A DNA stretch of 63,561 bases, counting the filler, from Octopus bimaculoides (Eukaryota): the NCBI RefSeq assembly GCF_001194135.2. It is 7 parts of 6 records of this genome, joined end to end, with 100 filler letters (N's around TTAATTAATTAA, not from the genome) between each part and the next. Parts side by side here need not be neighbours in the genome. Positions count along the whole stretch, not along the records: positions 11,122 to 33,303 come from NC_068990.1; 6 more parts are not named here. One strand, given 5' to 3'. The notes under the pieces are model-generated. The model saw nothing but the letters and a program-made list of their open reading frames with translations. It was not told the DNA's origin and did not search any database. Position 1 is the first letter of the stretch. Every line of letters begins with the position of its first letter. A program made the position numbers and the translations under genes. Shown here in pieces: positions 11,649-24,388 of this stretch.

Positions 11649-12286
11649 NNNNNNNNNNNNNNNNNNNNNNNNNNNNNNNNNNNNNNNNNNNNNNNNNNNN
11701 NNNNNNNNNNNNNNNNNNNNNNNNNNNNNNNNNNNNNNNNNNNNNNNNNNNNNNNNNNNNNNNNNNNNNNNNNNNNNNNNNNNNNNNNNNNNNNNNNNNN
11801 NNNNNNNNNNNNNNNNNNNNNNNNNNNNNNNNNNNNNNNNNNNNNNNNNNNNNNNNNNNNNNNNNNNNNNNNNNNNNNNNNNNNNNNNNNNNNNNNNNNN
11901 NNNNNNNNNNNNNNNNNNNNNNNNNNNNNNNNNNNNNNNNNNNNNNNNNNNNNNNNNNNNNNNNNNNNNNNNNNNNNNNNNNNNNNNNNNNNNNNNNNNN
12001 NNNNNNNNNNNNNNNNNNNNNNNNNNNNNNNNNNNNNNNNNNNNNNNNNNNNNNNNNNNNNNNNNNNNNNNNNNNNNNNNNNNNNNNNNNNNNNNNNNNN
12101 NNNNNNNNNNNNNNNNNNNNNNNNNNNNNNNNNNNNNNNNNNNNNNNNNNNNNNNNNNNNNNNNNNNNNNNNNNNNNNNNNNNNNNNNNNNNNNNNNNNN
12201 NNNNNNNNNNNNNNNNNNNNNNNNNNNNNNNNNNNNNNNNNNNNNNNNNNNNNNNNNNNNNNNNNNNNNNNNATATATATATATAT

Positions 12287-12325
<39 letters not shown>

Positions 12326-12739
12326 TAGACAGACAGACTGATTGACACATAGATAGATAGATAGATAGACACGAAAACATACATACACATACGTATATAC
12401 CTCTGTGCATACACACCCACTACATAACACACGCACACACACACGCGCGCGTTCGCAAGTAGGCACGTGATCAAGTGGTTAGGTCATCAGTGCTATTCTA
12501 GGACCGGGTGGTGTGATGTATTCTTAAGCCAGGTTCTTGATTTTATGCTGCGCCCTACCCATTCAGCTAATAAAGTGTACCAGCAACAATAGCTATGAGT
12601 TTTCTAAGCAGGAAACAAATGATATATACTGTAGGGAGAACATTTTTCAACTTAATGAGCTTTTTTGCTGGAGAGAGAGTTCAACTGAAACATGTTTTTT
12701 TTTGTCTTTTATAGTTTGCTTGTTTCACTCACTGAACTC

Positions 12740-12942
12740 CGACCATACTGGGACACCGCCTTGTAAAGTTTTGGTCGAACAAATGAACTCCAGTTCTTGT
12801 TTTTTTTTGTGTTTTTTTTTTCAACCTGGTACTTAATCTATCGGTATCATCTGTCGAACCGTTTTACTGATAGTTAAGTGAGTGATAAACATAGAGACAA
12901 ACACAGAGACACATATAGATATATATATACACACATATTTAT

Positions 12943-13005
<63 letters not shown>

Positions 13006-13060
13006 GACGAATGTTTCCCTCTGTCAAATTCACTCACAAGCTAATGGTCGGCTCTCTGTT
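12740..13060 (-). mobile_element. SINE family A variant, degenerate, internal (CA)n/(TA)n
   Basis: GGGACACCGCCTT...GGTACTTAATCTATCGGT...GAACCG, then microsatellite, then CAAATTCACTCACAAG. Confidence 0.6.
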
Positions 13061-13450
13061 TAAAATACATCCNNNNNNNNNNNNNNNNNNNNNNNNNNNN
13101 NNNNNNNNNNNNNNNNNNNNNNNNNNNNNNNNNNNNNNNNNNNNNNNNNNNNNNNNNNNNNNNNNNNNNNNNNNNNNNNNNNNNNNNNNNNNNNNNNNNN
13201 NNNNNNNNNNNNNNNNNNNNNNNNNNNNNNNNNNNNNNNNNNNNNNNNNNNNNNNNNNNNNNNNNNNNNNNNNNNNNNNNNNNNNNNNNNNNNNNNNNNN
13301 NNNNNNNNNNNNNNNNNNNNNNNNNNNNNNNNNNNNNNNNNNNNNNNNNNNNNNNNNNNNNNNNNNNNNNNNNNNNNNNNNNNNNNNNNNNNNNNNNNNN
13401 NNNNNNNNNNNNNNNNNNNNNNNNNNNNNNNNNNNNNNNNNNNNNNNNNN

Positions 13451-13491
<41 letters not shown>

Positions 13492-13519
13492 GTATGTATA
13501 TATATATTACATGCACACA

Positions 13520-14300
13520 CACACATTTATATGCGTGTATGTATCGGTGTTGTTTATGGCTATACAACTTGCCATTGGCCAACTCAGAGGTCATTCGGTC
13601 TCTGTAGTCTTTTATGAAATCGCTTCCTGTTCTTGTAAGCTGCATTATGTTTGTTTGTTGTTTATCATTTCTTCATTGGTTAGTCTACTAACTTGGTTTG
13701 TATGTGCCTGTTGGTTACGTCATTTATATTCTATTTTGCTAGTTCATAAAATAGTTGTTTTATGACTGAAGTTGCTATTATATTCGCTGTTTTGGATTTT
13801 TGTGTGATGGCAGATGGTTCAATTTCTTGTTGTTTAAGTAACTGCGTTTCATGTGGTGTGCCCTTGGCGTGGAGAGGAGGCCAATTATTATAGGGGAGAT
13901 AATCCCCTCTAGATTACTTTAATGCAGGTCTGAAAGCTAGGAATTTACTTCACAGTGTAAAGTAGCTATACAGAGTACACATATTTAATATCTTTTCCTA
14001 CACATTATAAAGACTTTGAAGTATCTAGTTATTGGTAGTCGTGTATAGCGCTATTTCATCCTTCTTTGGAATCAGCAGCACAACATAATTTGAGAGGAAC
14101 AAATTAAGCTAAATTTAATTAATCTTTTTCAATCTTTTTCCTGAATTTATTTTTCTGTAATTCTTTATGTAACATTTCTCATTGGCTAATTACGTAGTCC
14201 TTCTGTTATATTTATTGTCTAATCGCATTCTGTTTTGATTAGCTATATTATTTTACTAGTTATTTCTTTTTCTTACTTTTTTTTTAACATTGATTTATTC
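13520..14300 (-). mobile_element. Possible very old Penelope-like element remnant
   Basis: Broken minus frames give TGSDFIKDYRDRMTS and KINSGKRLKKIN, loosely like the PLE GIY-YIG region; many stops. Confidence 0.3.
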
Positions 14301-14367
14301 ATTGGTTGTTTTAAAAGTTCTCTCTACTTTATAAATTGTAATTTGCTATCTGAAGTCGCTGAAGATA

Positions 14368-14765
14368 CAAGGTGTCCCAAAAATCACTGATGGGTTTCAA
14401 TTTTTAATAACTTCCTTAACTTTACAAATAAATGCATGAAATTTTAATACAATATAAAAGACATAATGGAAATTAATATGCACGAGTCAAGTTTTGCGAC
14501 ACTACTACAAGACATATGAAAAATGACATCTCTTAAATGGCAGCTATTTTCGGTTTCGCCCGTCCGTGGTCCTTCCAAAACTTGCACCGTAACATCCTCA
14601 AGAGTTTCAGACCCCACGTCTCTGATTTCTCTGTTGATGTTCTCTTGCAGTTGCACCAGGGTCTCCGGCTAGTCAAGTCTGGGGAACGGGAAGGCCAGTT
14701 GACATTGCCGTAGCATTGCCGTAGCAACTGCATTTTACTCTTCCTACATAAAACATACAAACGAC
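14368..14765 (-). mobile_element. Tc1/mariner-superfamily element 3' end (WPxRSPDL type) with TIR
   Basis: TA|CAAGGTGTCCCAAAAA terminus at 14366-14383; minus frames NVNWPSRSPDLT and QLQENINREIRDV...HLRDVIFH. Confidence 0.75.
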
Positions 14766-14771
14766 TTGACA

Positions 14772-14937
14772 CGGTTGGCCTTTGAAATACAGGTGCAACT
14801 CATTTATGCTAGCTGAGTGGATTGGAGCAAAGTGAAATAAAGTGCTTTGCCCAAGGACACAATGCGTCGGCGGGAATTGAACTCACGAATTTGCGATCGT
14901 GAGCCGAATACCCTAACCACTAAGCTATGTGCCTTCA
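14772..14937 (-). mobile_element. SINE family D head and core, 3'-truncated
   Basis: Matches 22380-22542. Confidence 0.8.
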
Positions 14938-15507
14938 CTAAGTATCAGGAGGGAGTTTATCGGGTACAGAAGTAAGAGAGATTAGGAGTTAACTTCAGCA
15001 AGGTTATAATGGTGCCAACTATAAAAGTAGTATTGAAAATGTAAGTTCTGTAGCAGTGAATAAAATATTGGTTTCAAGTTTTGGTACAAGGCCATCAATT
15101 CTGTGATTATACATTTGTATATATACTCACATTTATATATGCATATTTATATATGTATGTCTGTACATATATATATGCTGTATGAATACAAATGTATATA
15201 TACATACACACACATATACATGTATATTTATATGTATGTAAATGTGTGTGTAATTGTGTATGTGTGTGTGTGAGGAAGAACATTGGGATAATTGATTGTA
15301 GATATGGAAAACAGTTTACTTTATTTCTGTGATTCTTATCTCTTTTGCAATATTGATTTATAAACACTCACAGAACATATCAGATTCTGGGTGCTAAACC
15401 AAGTGTGATTATACGACCTTCATGCCTTCCTCGAAAATAAACGAATAAAAATGTTTTGTGTTTGTGTTTAGGAGTGTGAGTGCGTGAATGAATGTGTCTT
15501 CCTCTTC

Positions 15508-15544
<37 letters not shown>

Positions 15545-15784
15545 TATGTAGGTGTTTGTGTTTCGAAATATGACTTCAGCAAGCTATGGAACTTTATCTT
15601 TGTTTTATAGATAGGGAAGAGCATATGTAACATTGTATGCATATGACTTTACGTTTTGTTTTTAGAATTCTTCCTAGAAGGTGGAAATGGTTTCTAACTG
15701 AGAACCAAAAGAGCCATCACTGGAATTTGGATAACAGCAACAAAAATTGTTGTATGTTGAACTTTAGTAAATATGTATGTATGT

Positions 15785-17030
15785 TACTATTCAGTTTTAT
15801 TTCAAGATTTCTTGTCAATAGAAAAAGAGCTGGTTTCTAACCTAGATCCAAGGCTCCTTCAGTGGAATTTCAACATCAACCACAGGGTATTTTTGTATCT
15901 ATGTCTGTCATTATTCAGTATATTTCAAGATCTTGCCAATAGGGAAAGAACCCGTTTCTAACCTAGATCCAAGGCTCCTCCATTGGAATTTCAACATCAA
16001 CAACAGGGTATTTTTGTTTGTATGTATGTATGTATGTATGTATGTATGTATGTATGTATGTATGAATGTATGTATTTTCATGCATATAGTTGCATATCTA
16101 GACATGCTCATATATATTTAAATGATAAACTTCTGGAAAGTTTTACAGATTTTTACAGTTCCAGTGATGGATTGGATCTGTAGTCTTCGAATTAGCTTTC
16201 TCCTTTCTGGTTTTGAGAAGCTTAATTTCTCAAGATTGGTATTTAGGCAGTGAGTTACATATCCCAGGCCCCCAATAATTACAGGTATAAACCTGAACTT
16301 GTAATCTGGATGGAGTAACTGCAGATTTCTCAATAGTTCAGCATAGGAGTTCTCTTTTTCATTGATCTTCAGTTTTATGTTAACATCCACCGGGCAGCTT
16401 AATGTACACAACTGCGCACAGTTTCTCTTCTCTATCACAAATCATTATATCAGGTCTGTTGTGCTTACATTTTATTGAGGTCTTCACTGGAACATTCCAC
16501 CAGTACTCCTTTTTATTATGAGCGGCTTCTACCATATTGTGGGTTCTTATTTCGTTGTCCTCACGATTTTCCTATAGACGGATTCCATTACCGTGTGCCC
16601 TAGCTACATCATATCTCATCGGTATATAAACCGTTATGACATTTTCAGACAACTGCTTATGATGTAGGTGATATCCTCAGTGTGAATTCCACAAAGTTGC
16701 ATCGGTTGTCACATTTTACTACTTTTCCTGCATCTCTATCTCTTTTGTACTTCAGGTACTTGGTTGATATTTCCTGTTCCTGGATTGGAAATGCATACTC
16801 TTCAAAGTGGGAGGTAGTAATCCGGTTATTGGTCCATGATAAGCTGCATTGATGATCCATGTTACTATCATCACGGAGCTTTCTACTAACATATTCATGC
16901 ATAGTCTTCTGCTCATATAGGCTCAGCCTTTCATCTGACGATACATTGTGGTTGAGTCGTGCGATTTCTTTGGGCATATATTCTAGGTTATCAGACAAAG
17001 ATTATTGCTCAAGGAGCTGCCTTCCAAGTC
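15785..17030 (-). mobile_element. R4/Dong-like non-LTR retrotransposon with restriction-like endonuclease, 5'-truncated copy 1
   Basis: Frameshifted ORF: TSHFEEYAFPIQEQEISTKYL, CCHC-like C..LCGIHTEDITYIISSC, HNRPDIMICD...SCPVDVN...EKENSY...IPVIIGGLG (PD-D/ExK RLE); stop at 16118; 3' UTR with (CATA)n. Confidence 0.85.
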
Positions 17031-17742
17031 TATGTGTGTATGTATGTATGTATGTATGTTTGTATATCAGGTTACTGTCATTGCTTCTGGAATATATGAT
17101 ACGATATAAGTTTGAACCGTTTTCGACTAAACTTGTAACTCATGCCAGCTTGCTTGTTAAAGTGGGTGATTTTAACTGGAAACCCAGTAGGATGAAAACT
17201 AAAGCCTGCCAAAAAGACGGAAGAACTCACTAGAGTTAACGGCCATCCAACAGCTGTGAATGGGAAACTCATGGTCTTTCTTTGCACATCTCCCTAGAAA
17301 GAGACCTCTGATGTAACACCTGCGTCTTATTTTGCATCCAATGACAGAGACTAGATTTTTTTTTTTCATTTTGAGCGAATGCATATTTTGTTTAGAGAGC
17401 GAGACTGGACCCCAGTGCAAGGACTTCCCTTATTTTAAATAGCTTTATGGACAAGGCATCGCTTGATTTTTTTCAACATCTATATCAACATTTTTATTAT
17501 GTTTCTGCATACTATAACTGACCATAAACAAGGAAAGTAAAAACTGAACGAAAAATTCCTTAATAGAATGAATGCACTCGTCAGCCTGGTTGTCAAGCTC
17601 TCTGACCAAAATGGCGCACATCGTTGCCACATCAGCACAAAATAGTGTAGGTCCCAAGGAGGGCTGAAGAGTCACATCAGTACTGTTCACGTTTTAGAGA
17701 ACAATCAATCGACTGCATTGCTCGAAATCAAGTTTCAACCAT

Positions 17743-17907
17743 TATGTATCATTATTCAGTCTTATTTCAAGATTTCTTGCCAATAGAGAATGAGCCGGTT
17801 TCTAGCCGAGATCCAAGGCTCATTCACAGGGTATATTTATATGTATGTATATATGTATGTATATATGTATGTATATATGTATGTATGCATGTATGTATGT
17901 GTGCATG

Positions 17908-17938
<31 letters not shown>

Positions 17939-18317
17939 GCATGTTTTTTTATGTATGTATTCTCAGCAATATAGCTGCATGTCTAGACATATTCATATAT
18001 ATTTAAATGATAAACCTCTGGAAAGTTTTACAGAATCTTACAGCTCCAGTGGTGGCTTAGATCTGTAGTCTTCCCATCAGCTTTCTCATTTCTGGTTTTG
18101 AGAAGCCTAATTTTCCAAGACTGGTATCACCTATCTCAGTGCCCCAATAATTACAGGTATAAACCTGAACTTGCAATCTGGATACAGTCACTGCAGATTT
18201 CTCAATAGTTCAACGTAGGTATTTTCTTTTTCGCTGATCTTTAGCTTTATGTTAACATCCGATGAGCGGCTGATTTCCACAACTGTACATAGTTTCTCTT
18301 CTCTATCTCAAATCACT
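17743..18317 (-). mobile_element. R4/Dong-like retrotransposon, 5'-truncated copy 2
   Basis: Colinear with 15909-16445, including stop region, internal (CATA)n and terminal 3' unit. Confidence 0.85.
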
Positions 18318-19347
18318 ATGTATGTATGTATGTATGTATGTATGTATGTATGTATGTTTGCATGCAAGCGTATGGCATAACATATATATGCTGTATATAA
18401 GTATGGGTTGGGTCCTCCGATGAATGAGTAATCGCTGAAGATAATTTTATTGCGAAAGAAATGGCTATATAAAACGAAGTGTCGCTATTTTTAAGGCCAG
18501 GACTTATGCAAATACAAACGGAAGCTTGATCGATGATGATATGATTTCGGATCGTGCCTTCAAATAGATTTCTACACATAACTGTATGGTGTTGTCTATT
18601 TTATGTATGTGTGCATATGAAGATGCGTGTGTGTGCGTGCGTGATTGTGTGTGCGTGTGTGTGCGTGCGTATGTGCATTTGCATGTGTTGACTTGATCCA
18701 GGTTCTTTCGGATGTATCAGTTTTATATTCACACACTCTCTCTCTCCTCTCCCTCCCTCCCTCCTCCCTCCCTACTTCCACTCTCTCTCTCATTCGTTCT
18801 GTTTCTTTCTTTTTCATTCTTTCTCTCTCGTTTTCTTTCTCTCTCTCTCTCTCTTTCTCCCTCTCTCTTTATTTTCTCTATTTTTCTCTGAGCATTTTGC
18901 CTGTTTGATTTGATCCGTTTTTGGTCGGATCTTTCGGATGAATACTCAGTACTATATATATATACATATATACATATATATATATATNNNNNNNNNNNNN
19001 NNNNNNNNNNNNNNNNNNNNNNNNNNNNNNNNNNNNNNNNNNNNNNNNNNNNNNNNNNNNNNNNNNNNNNNNNNNNNNNNNNNNNNNNNNNNNNNNNNNN
19101 NNNNNNNNNNNNNNNNNNNNNNNNNNNNNNNNNNNNNNNNNNNNNNNNNNNNNNNNNNNNNNNNNNNNNNNNNNNNNNNNNNNNNNNNNNNNNNNNNNNN
19201 NNNNNNNNNNNNNNNNNNNNNNNNNNNNNNNNNNNNNNNNGTATGTGTTGTGTATGCATGCTCATTTCTGATCGTGTATTGCGTTGATCCCTTTTTACAG
19301 ATTTCTACCCAGTATATACTGTTTTATTATTTATTTGTATGCATGTG

Positions 19348-19383
<36 letters not shown>

Positions 19384-19534
19384 GTGTGTTGACTTGATCC
19401 GTTCAATGCAACCATGATACAAATACTGCGCCAATGAAGCCAGCGAATCAAAAGGTTGGTAGGAAATATTTAATGAGTCAAACTAACCCAATGATCAAAA
19501 GTCTACTGATTTGGTAACATTAACAATAATAATA

Positions 19535-20010
19535 ATCCTATTAACTAAAAGCAGAAGGCATGGAATTTTGTGGGAAAGGGGACAGTCGACTAAATCCACT
19601 CCAATACTCAACTGGTACTTATTTTCTCGACCCCCGAAAGGATGAAAGACAAAGTCGACTTCGGCGAAATTTGAACTCAGAACGTAAAGACGAATGACAT
19701 ACCGCTAAGCATTTTACCCGGGGTGCTAACGATTCTACCAGCTCACTGCCTTGATAATAACAACAACAACAACAACAATAATAATCCTTTCTACTATAGG
19801 TACAAGGCCTGAAATCTGGTGGTAGGGGGATAGTCGATTACATCGCCCCCAGTGCTCGATTGGTACTCGTTTTATCGATCCGAAAGGATGAAAAAGCAAA
19901 GTCGACTACGGCCGGGATTTGAACTTAGAACGCAGTGACAGTGAAATACCGCTAAGCATTTCGTAAGCACGCTAACGATTCTGACAGTCACCGCTTTGGT
20001 GATGATGATG

Positions 20011-20084
<74 letters not shown>

Positions 20085-20292
20085 TTCTACTATAGATACA
20101 AGGCCTGAAATTGGAGGGAGGGGGATAGTCGATTACATCGACCCCAGTGTTCAACTGGTACTTAATTTATCGACCCCGAAATGATGAAAGGCAAAGTCGA
20201 CCTCGGCGGAATTTGAACTCAGAACGTTGCGGCAGACGTTCTGAGTTTAAATTTCGCCTGGAGTGCTAACGATTCTACCAGATCACCGCCTT
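19535..20292 (-). mobile_element. Three tandem minus-strand SINE family B copies (about 19535-19752, 19785-19998, 20085-20292) with (TAA)n/(CAA)n tails
   Basis: Each contains TTTGAACT(C/T)AGAACG and GCTAACGATTCT; the last two keep TTTCTACTATAG.TACAAGGCCTGAAAT and the first has a decayed 3' end. Confidence 0.9.
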
Positions 20293-20353
20293 AATGATGA
20301 TGATGATGATGATGATGATTTCTATTATAGGCTTTGTGCCTATAATAGAAAGG

Positions 20354-20416
<63 letters not shown>

Positions 20417-20417
20417 A

Positions 20418-20630
20418 CGGGCGCTGGCAGAATCGTCAGCACGCCTGGCAAAATGTTTAGCGGCATTTCGTCTGACTTTACGATCGGAGTTGAAATTCCG
20501 CCGAGGTCAACTTTACCTTTCATCCTTCCGAAGTCGATAAATTAAGTACCAGTGGCACACTGGAGGTCAATATAACTGACTAGTCCCCTTCCCAAAAATT
20601 TCAGGCCTTGTACCTATAGTAGAAAGGATT
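20418..20630 (+). mobile_element. SINE family B
   Basis: GCTGGCAGAATCGTCAGCACG...GAGTTGAAATTCCGCCGAGG...AGGCCTTGTACCTATAGTAGAAAGGATT. Confidence 0.9.
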
Positions 20631-20674
20631 AAGACAACAAGCTGGTGGAATTATTAGCGAATCGAACAAAACGT

Positions 20675-21710
20675 GGATCCTTGTGGTTTGACGGGCAACA
20701 TTTTTTTACGTAGTGTTTTTGGTACTGAAACACTTTCAAACTTCGTATACTTGTATATTTTGTGGTATAGAACAGATAAAAAATTTTGTATTCGAAGTTA
20801 TTTCACATTAAAAATTGTCTTATTTCGATAATTTCAACTAATCACTGACGTCTATTCAGTTGAAAACAGCGCTGTAACGGTGTATATGGTATTAATCCCC
20901 GTTAGTTCTGACATTTCCGATTAACTAGACTGTTCGTAAACAAAGGGGAAAAAGCCATCAAAATACTTGAATATTGCCTGCACTTGTNNNNNNNNNNNNN
21001 NNNNNNNNNNNNNNNNNNNNNNNNNNNNNNNNNNNNNNNNNNNNNNNNNNNNNNNNNNNNNNNNNNNNNNNNNNNNNNNNNNNNNNNNNNNNNNNNNNNN
21101 NNNNNNNNNNNNNNNNNNNNNNNNNNNNNNNNNNNNNNNNNNNNNNNNNNNNNNNNNNNNNNNNNNNNNNNNNNNNNNNNNNNNNNNNNNNNNNNNNNNN
21201 NNNNNNNNNNNNNNNNNNNNNNNNNNNNNNNNNNNNNNNNNNNNNNNNNNNNNNNNNNNNNNNNNNNNNNNNNNNNNNNNNNNNNNNNNNNNNNNNNNNN
21301 NNNNNNNNNNNNNNNNNNNNNNNNNNNNNNNNNNNNNNNNNNNNNNNNNNNNNNNNNNNNNNNNNNNNNNNNNNNNNNNNNNNNNNNNNNNNNNNNNNNN
21401 NNNNNNNNNNNNNNNNNNNNNNNNNNNNNNNNNNNNNNNNNNNNNNNNNNNNNNNNNNNNNNNNNNNNNNNNNNNNNNNNNNNNNNNNNNNNNNNNNNNN
21501 AGCACTGACTGTATTCAGCTGAATAGACGTCAGTGATTGGTTGAAATTACAGAAATGCGACAACTTTAACATGAAATAACTTGCGATGTACAATTTTTTG
21601 TTAAGAAGGCTAAGAGAAAAGTTGTTTTGTATGACACATTCTACCAGTGTCCCAAGTTTGAAAGTGTTTCGTTAAGAAAACAAGTGTTGCCCGTCAAATC
21701 ACAAAGATCC
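20675..21710. mobile_element. Non-autonomous DNA transposon with long TIRs (about 200 bp), GG termini and 8-bp TSD; Merlin- or MULE-like
   Basis: Left GGATCCTTGTGGTTTGACGGGCAACA; right (reverse complement) GGATCTTTGTGATTTGACGGGCAACA; CAAAACGT duplicated at 20667-20674 and 21711-21718; splits a SINE-B. Confidence 0.8.
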
Positions 21711-21896
21711 CAAAACGTTTGCTGGCATTTCTTCCGGCCCTTTATGTTCTGAGTTCAAATTCCGTCAAGCTCCACTCTGCTCTTCATCCTTTCGTGGTCG
21801 TTAAAATAATATCAGTTAAGTGTCAGGGGTCAATGTAATCGACTTAATACGTTACCCTCAAATGATTAGTCTCGTGCCATGATTTGAAACAATATT

Positions 21897-22125
21897 TAAA
21901 GCGGCGAGCTGCTGGGATCATTATTACGCTACACAAAACTGTTTACCCACATTTCTTCTGACTTAACGTTCTGAATTCAAATGCCGCCGAGGTCGACTTT
22001 GTATTTCAATCATTCGGATTCTTTTGTGGTCGATGGAATAACTACCAGTCGAGCACTGTGATCGATGTAATCCACTAGCTCCCTTCTCCAAAATTTCAGC
22101 CCTTGTCATTGTGCACAGGCACATG
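21897..22125 (+). mobile_element. SINE family B, degenerate
   Basis: AAAGCGGCGAGCTG...GTTCTGAATTCAAATGCCGCCGAGGTCGACTTTG. Confidence 0.75.
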
Positions 22126-22221
22126 GACAAGGTCTGAAAGATTATTATTAAGAAGACGAGTTAGGAGAATCGTTAGCACGCCCGATGAAATGTCCAGTAG
22201 ACATAGTATATTATTCTCTGG

Positions 22222-22542
22222 AGCACTCCGTCGGTTACGACGACGAGGGTCCCAGCTGATACGATCAACGGAACAGCTTGCTCGTGAAATTAACGTGCAA
22301 GTGGCTGAGCATTCCACAAACACGTGTACCCTTAACGTAGTTCTCAAGGAGATTCAGTGTGACACAGAGTGTGACAAGGCTGGTCCTTTTGAAATACAGG
22401 TACTACTCATTTTTGCGAGCTGAGTGCACTGGAGCAACGTGAAATAAAGTGTCTTGCTCAAGCACAACGCGTCGCCGGGAATTGAACTCACGACCTTACG
22501 CTCGTGAGCCGAATGCCCTAACCACTAAGCCACGCGCCTTCA
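22222..22542 (-). mobile_element. SINE family D, full length, with target-site duplication
   Basis: ATTATTCTCTGGA at 22210-22222 and 22542-22554 flanks the element; D head plus the same 3' body as family C. Confidence 0.92.
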
Positions 22543-22732
22543 TTATTCTCTGGACGCATTTAGGGAAATGTAGAAAGTGTCGATGCATCGTAAGATCATG
22601 ATAACACACCTTATCGGTGGCAGCTTGATCAAAACGCTTGCAAGAGCTAAAAGGGCTAGGTGTTGATGTTGAATCGAGTACTACAATGTGTCTGCCATTC
22701 AAACATTTTCTTATTTATAATGATAGATTGTT

Positions 22733-22937
22733 GAGGCTGCGAGATGACAAAATCGTTAGCACGTCGAGCAAAATGATTAACGGCGTTAACATTCTGAGTT
22801 CAAATCCCGCTGAGTTCGACTTTGCTTTTCATCCTTTCGGAAACGAAGAAATAATTATCAGCCATGTGCTGGTGTCGATGTAATCGACTAGTCCCTCCTG
22901 CTAAAATGTAGGGCTTGTGCCTATAGTAGAAAGGATT
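22733..22937 (+). mobile_element. SINE family B
   Basis: AATCGTTAGCACG...GAGTTCAAATCCCGCTGAG...GGGCTTGTGCCTATAGTAGAAAGGATTATT. Confidence 0.8.
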
Positions 22938-23263
22938 ATTCTGGCAAAATTGATAGAACGTCAGCCAAAATTCCTGGCTGTATTTTATACATCACTTTAT
23001 GTTCGAGTTAGTTCAAATCCCAACAAACACCCCAATTCTTCCCACCATCACCACCACCACCACCACCACTACTACCAAATGTTACTTGTACACAAATATT
23101 AGAAATGATTTTTGCCTTTAATCCTTTCGAGATCGATAAAGTATGTACCAGTTAAATACTAGATCGATAAAATACGTACCAGTTGAATACTGGGATCGAC
23201 GTAATCGACTTACACCCTTCATCCGAAATTGCTGGCCTTGTGTCAAAATTTGAAACCATTATT

Positions 23264-23302
<39 letters not shown>

Positions 23303-23789
23303 GATGTTCTTGTTGCAACTGTTATTCTTATCTTTCTGATGAGACGAAATTGCTTAGTAAGTATTCCAAGTCGATAGCTGAACATTCTCGAATTTTGTTT
23401 TGTGTAATATAAAACTGCTTTAGAAGGTGAATATTAAGAACAGCTCAGATAACTGATCTTTGCCTTATCTCGAGCATCTAAACAGTGAAAACATGCTCCA
23501 CCTTCTCTGTTTAATCATATGAGCTTTGCATTTGTTTTCACAGCACACTTACAGAGATATACACATGCACACACACACACACACACACAGTCTCTCTCTC
23601 TTTCGCTTGCGCATAGAATCTCTAAACAAGCATACATGCACACATTCATACATAACTTCCACACATTCAAGCACATTCGCAAACATTAATATGCTCACAT
23701 ACGTGCACATACATTCATGCCTAAATTTATGTAATTATATATACATTCATGGAGAGATGTACGTAGAGAGAGAAACAGAGAGGAGAGAG

Positions 23790-23828
<39 letters not shown>

Positions 23829-23944
23829 AGCGGAGGGTGGGAGAAGTATATACTCAGAAAGAGGCAGAGAGAGACATAGTGAGTAGAAAGATAGAGACAG
23901 GGAGATCAACAGAGAGCGTGATATGTATATATACATACATACAT

Positions 23945-23946
23945 AC

Positions 23947-24031
<85 letters not shown>

Positions 24032-24176
24032 CAGAAAGAGAAAGAGCGAGACTAACAGACAGGGGAGACAGGCACTAAGAGAGAAAGAAAGAATAACAGA
24101 CAGATAGAGGGGAAAGAAAAAAAAAGAAATACAGAGTGAGAGACAAGAGATAGTGTCCAAAAGACACAGGTTCGGG

Positions 24177-24238
<62 letters not shown>

Positions 24239-24388
24239 CACAGAAATAGAAAGAGAGAGACTAACAGACAGGAGGGGACAGGCACTAAGAGAGAAAGAAA
24301 GAATAACAGACAGATAGAGGGGGAAAGAAAAGAAAAAGAAATACAGAGTGAGAGACAAGAGATAGTGTCCAAAAGACACAGGTTCAGG

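Noticed and set aside
23130-23191. 31-bp tandem duplication
   Set aside because: Ordinary slippage within a SINE-B fragment
19535-23260. Repeat-spacer appearance resembling a CRISPR array
   Set aside because: Units are SINEs of about 220 bp in mixed orientation in a eukaryotic context; no cas genes
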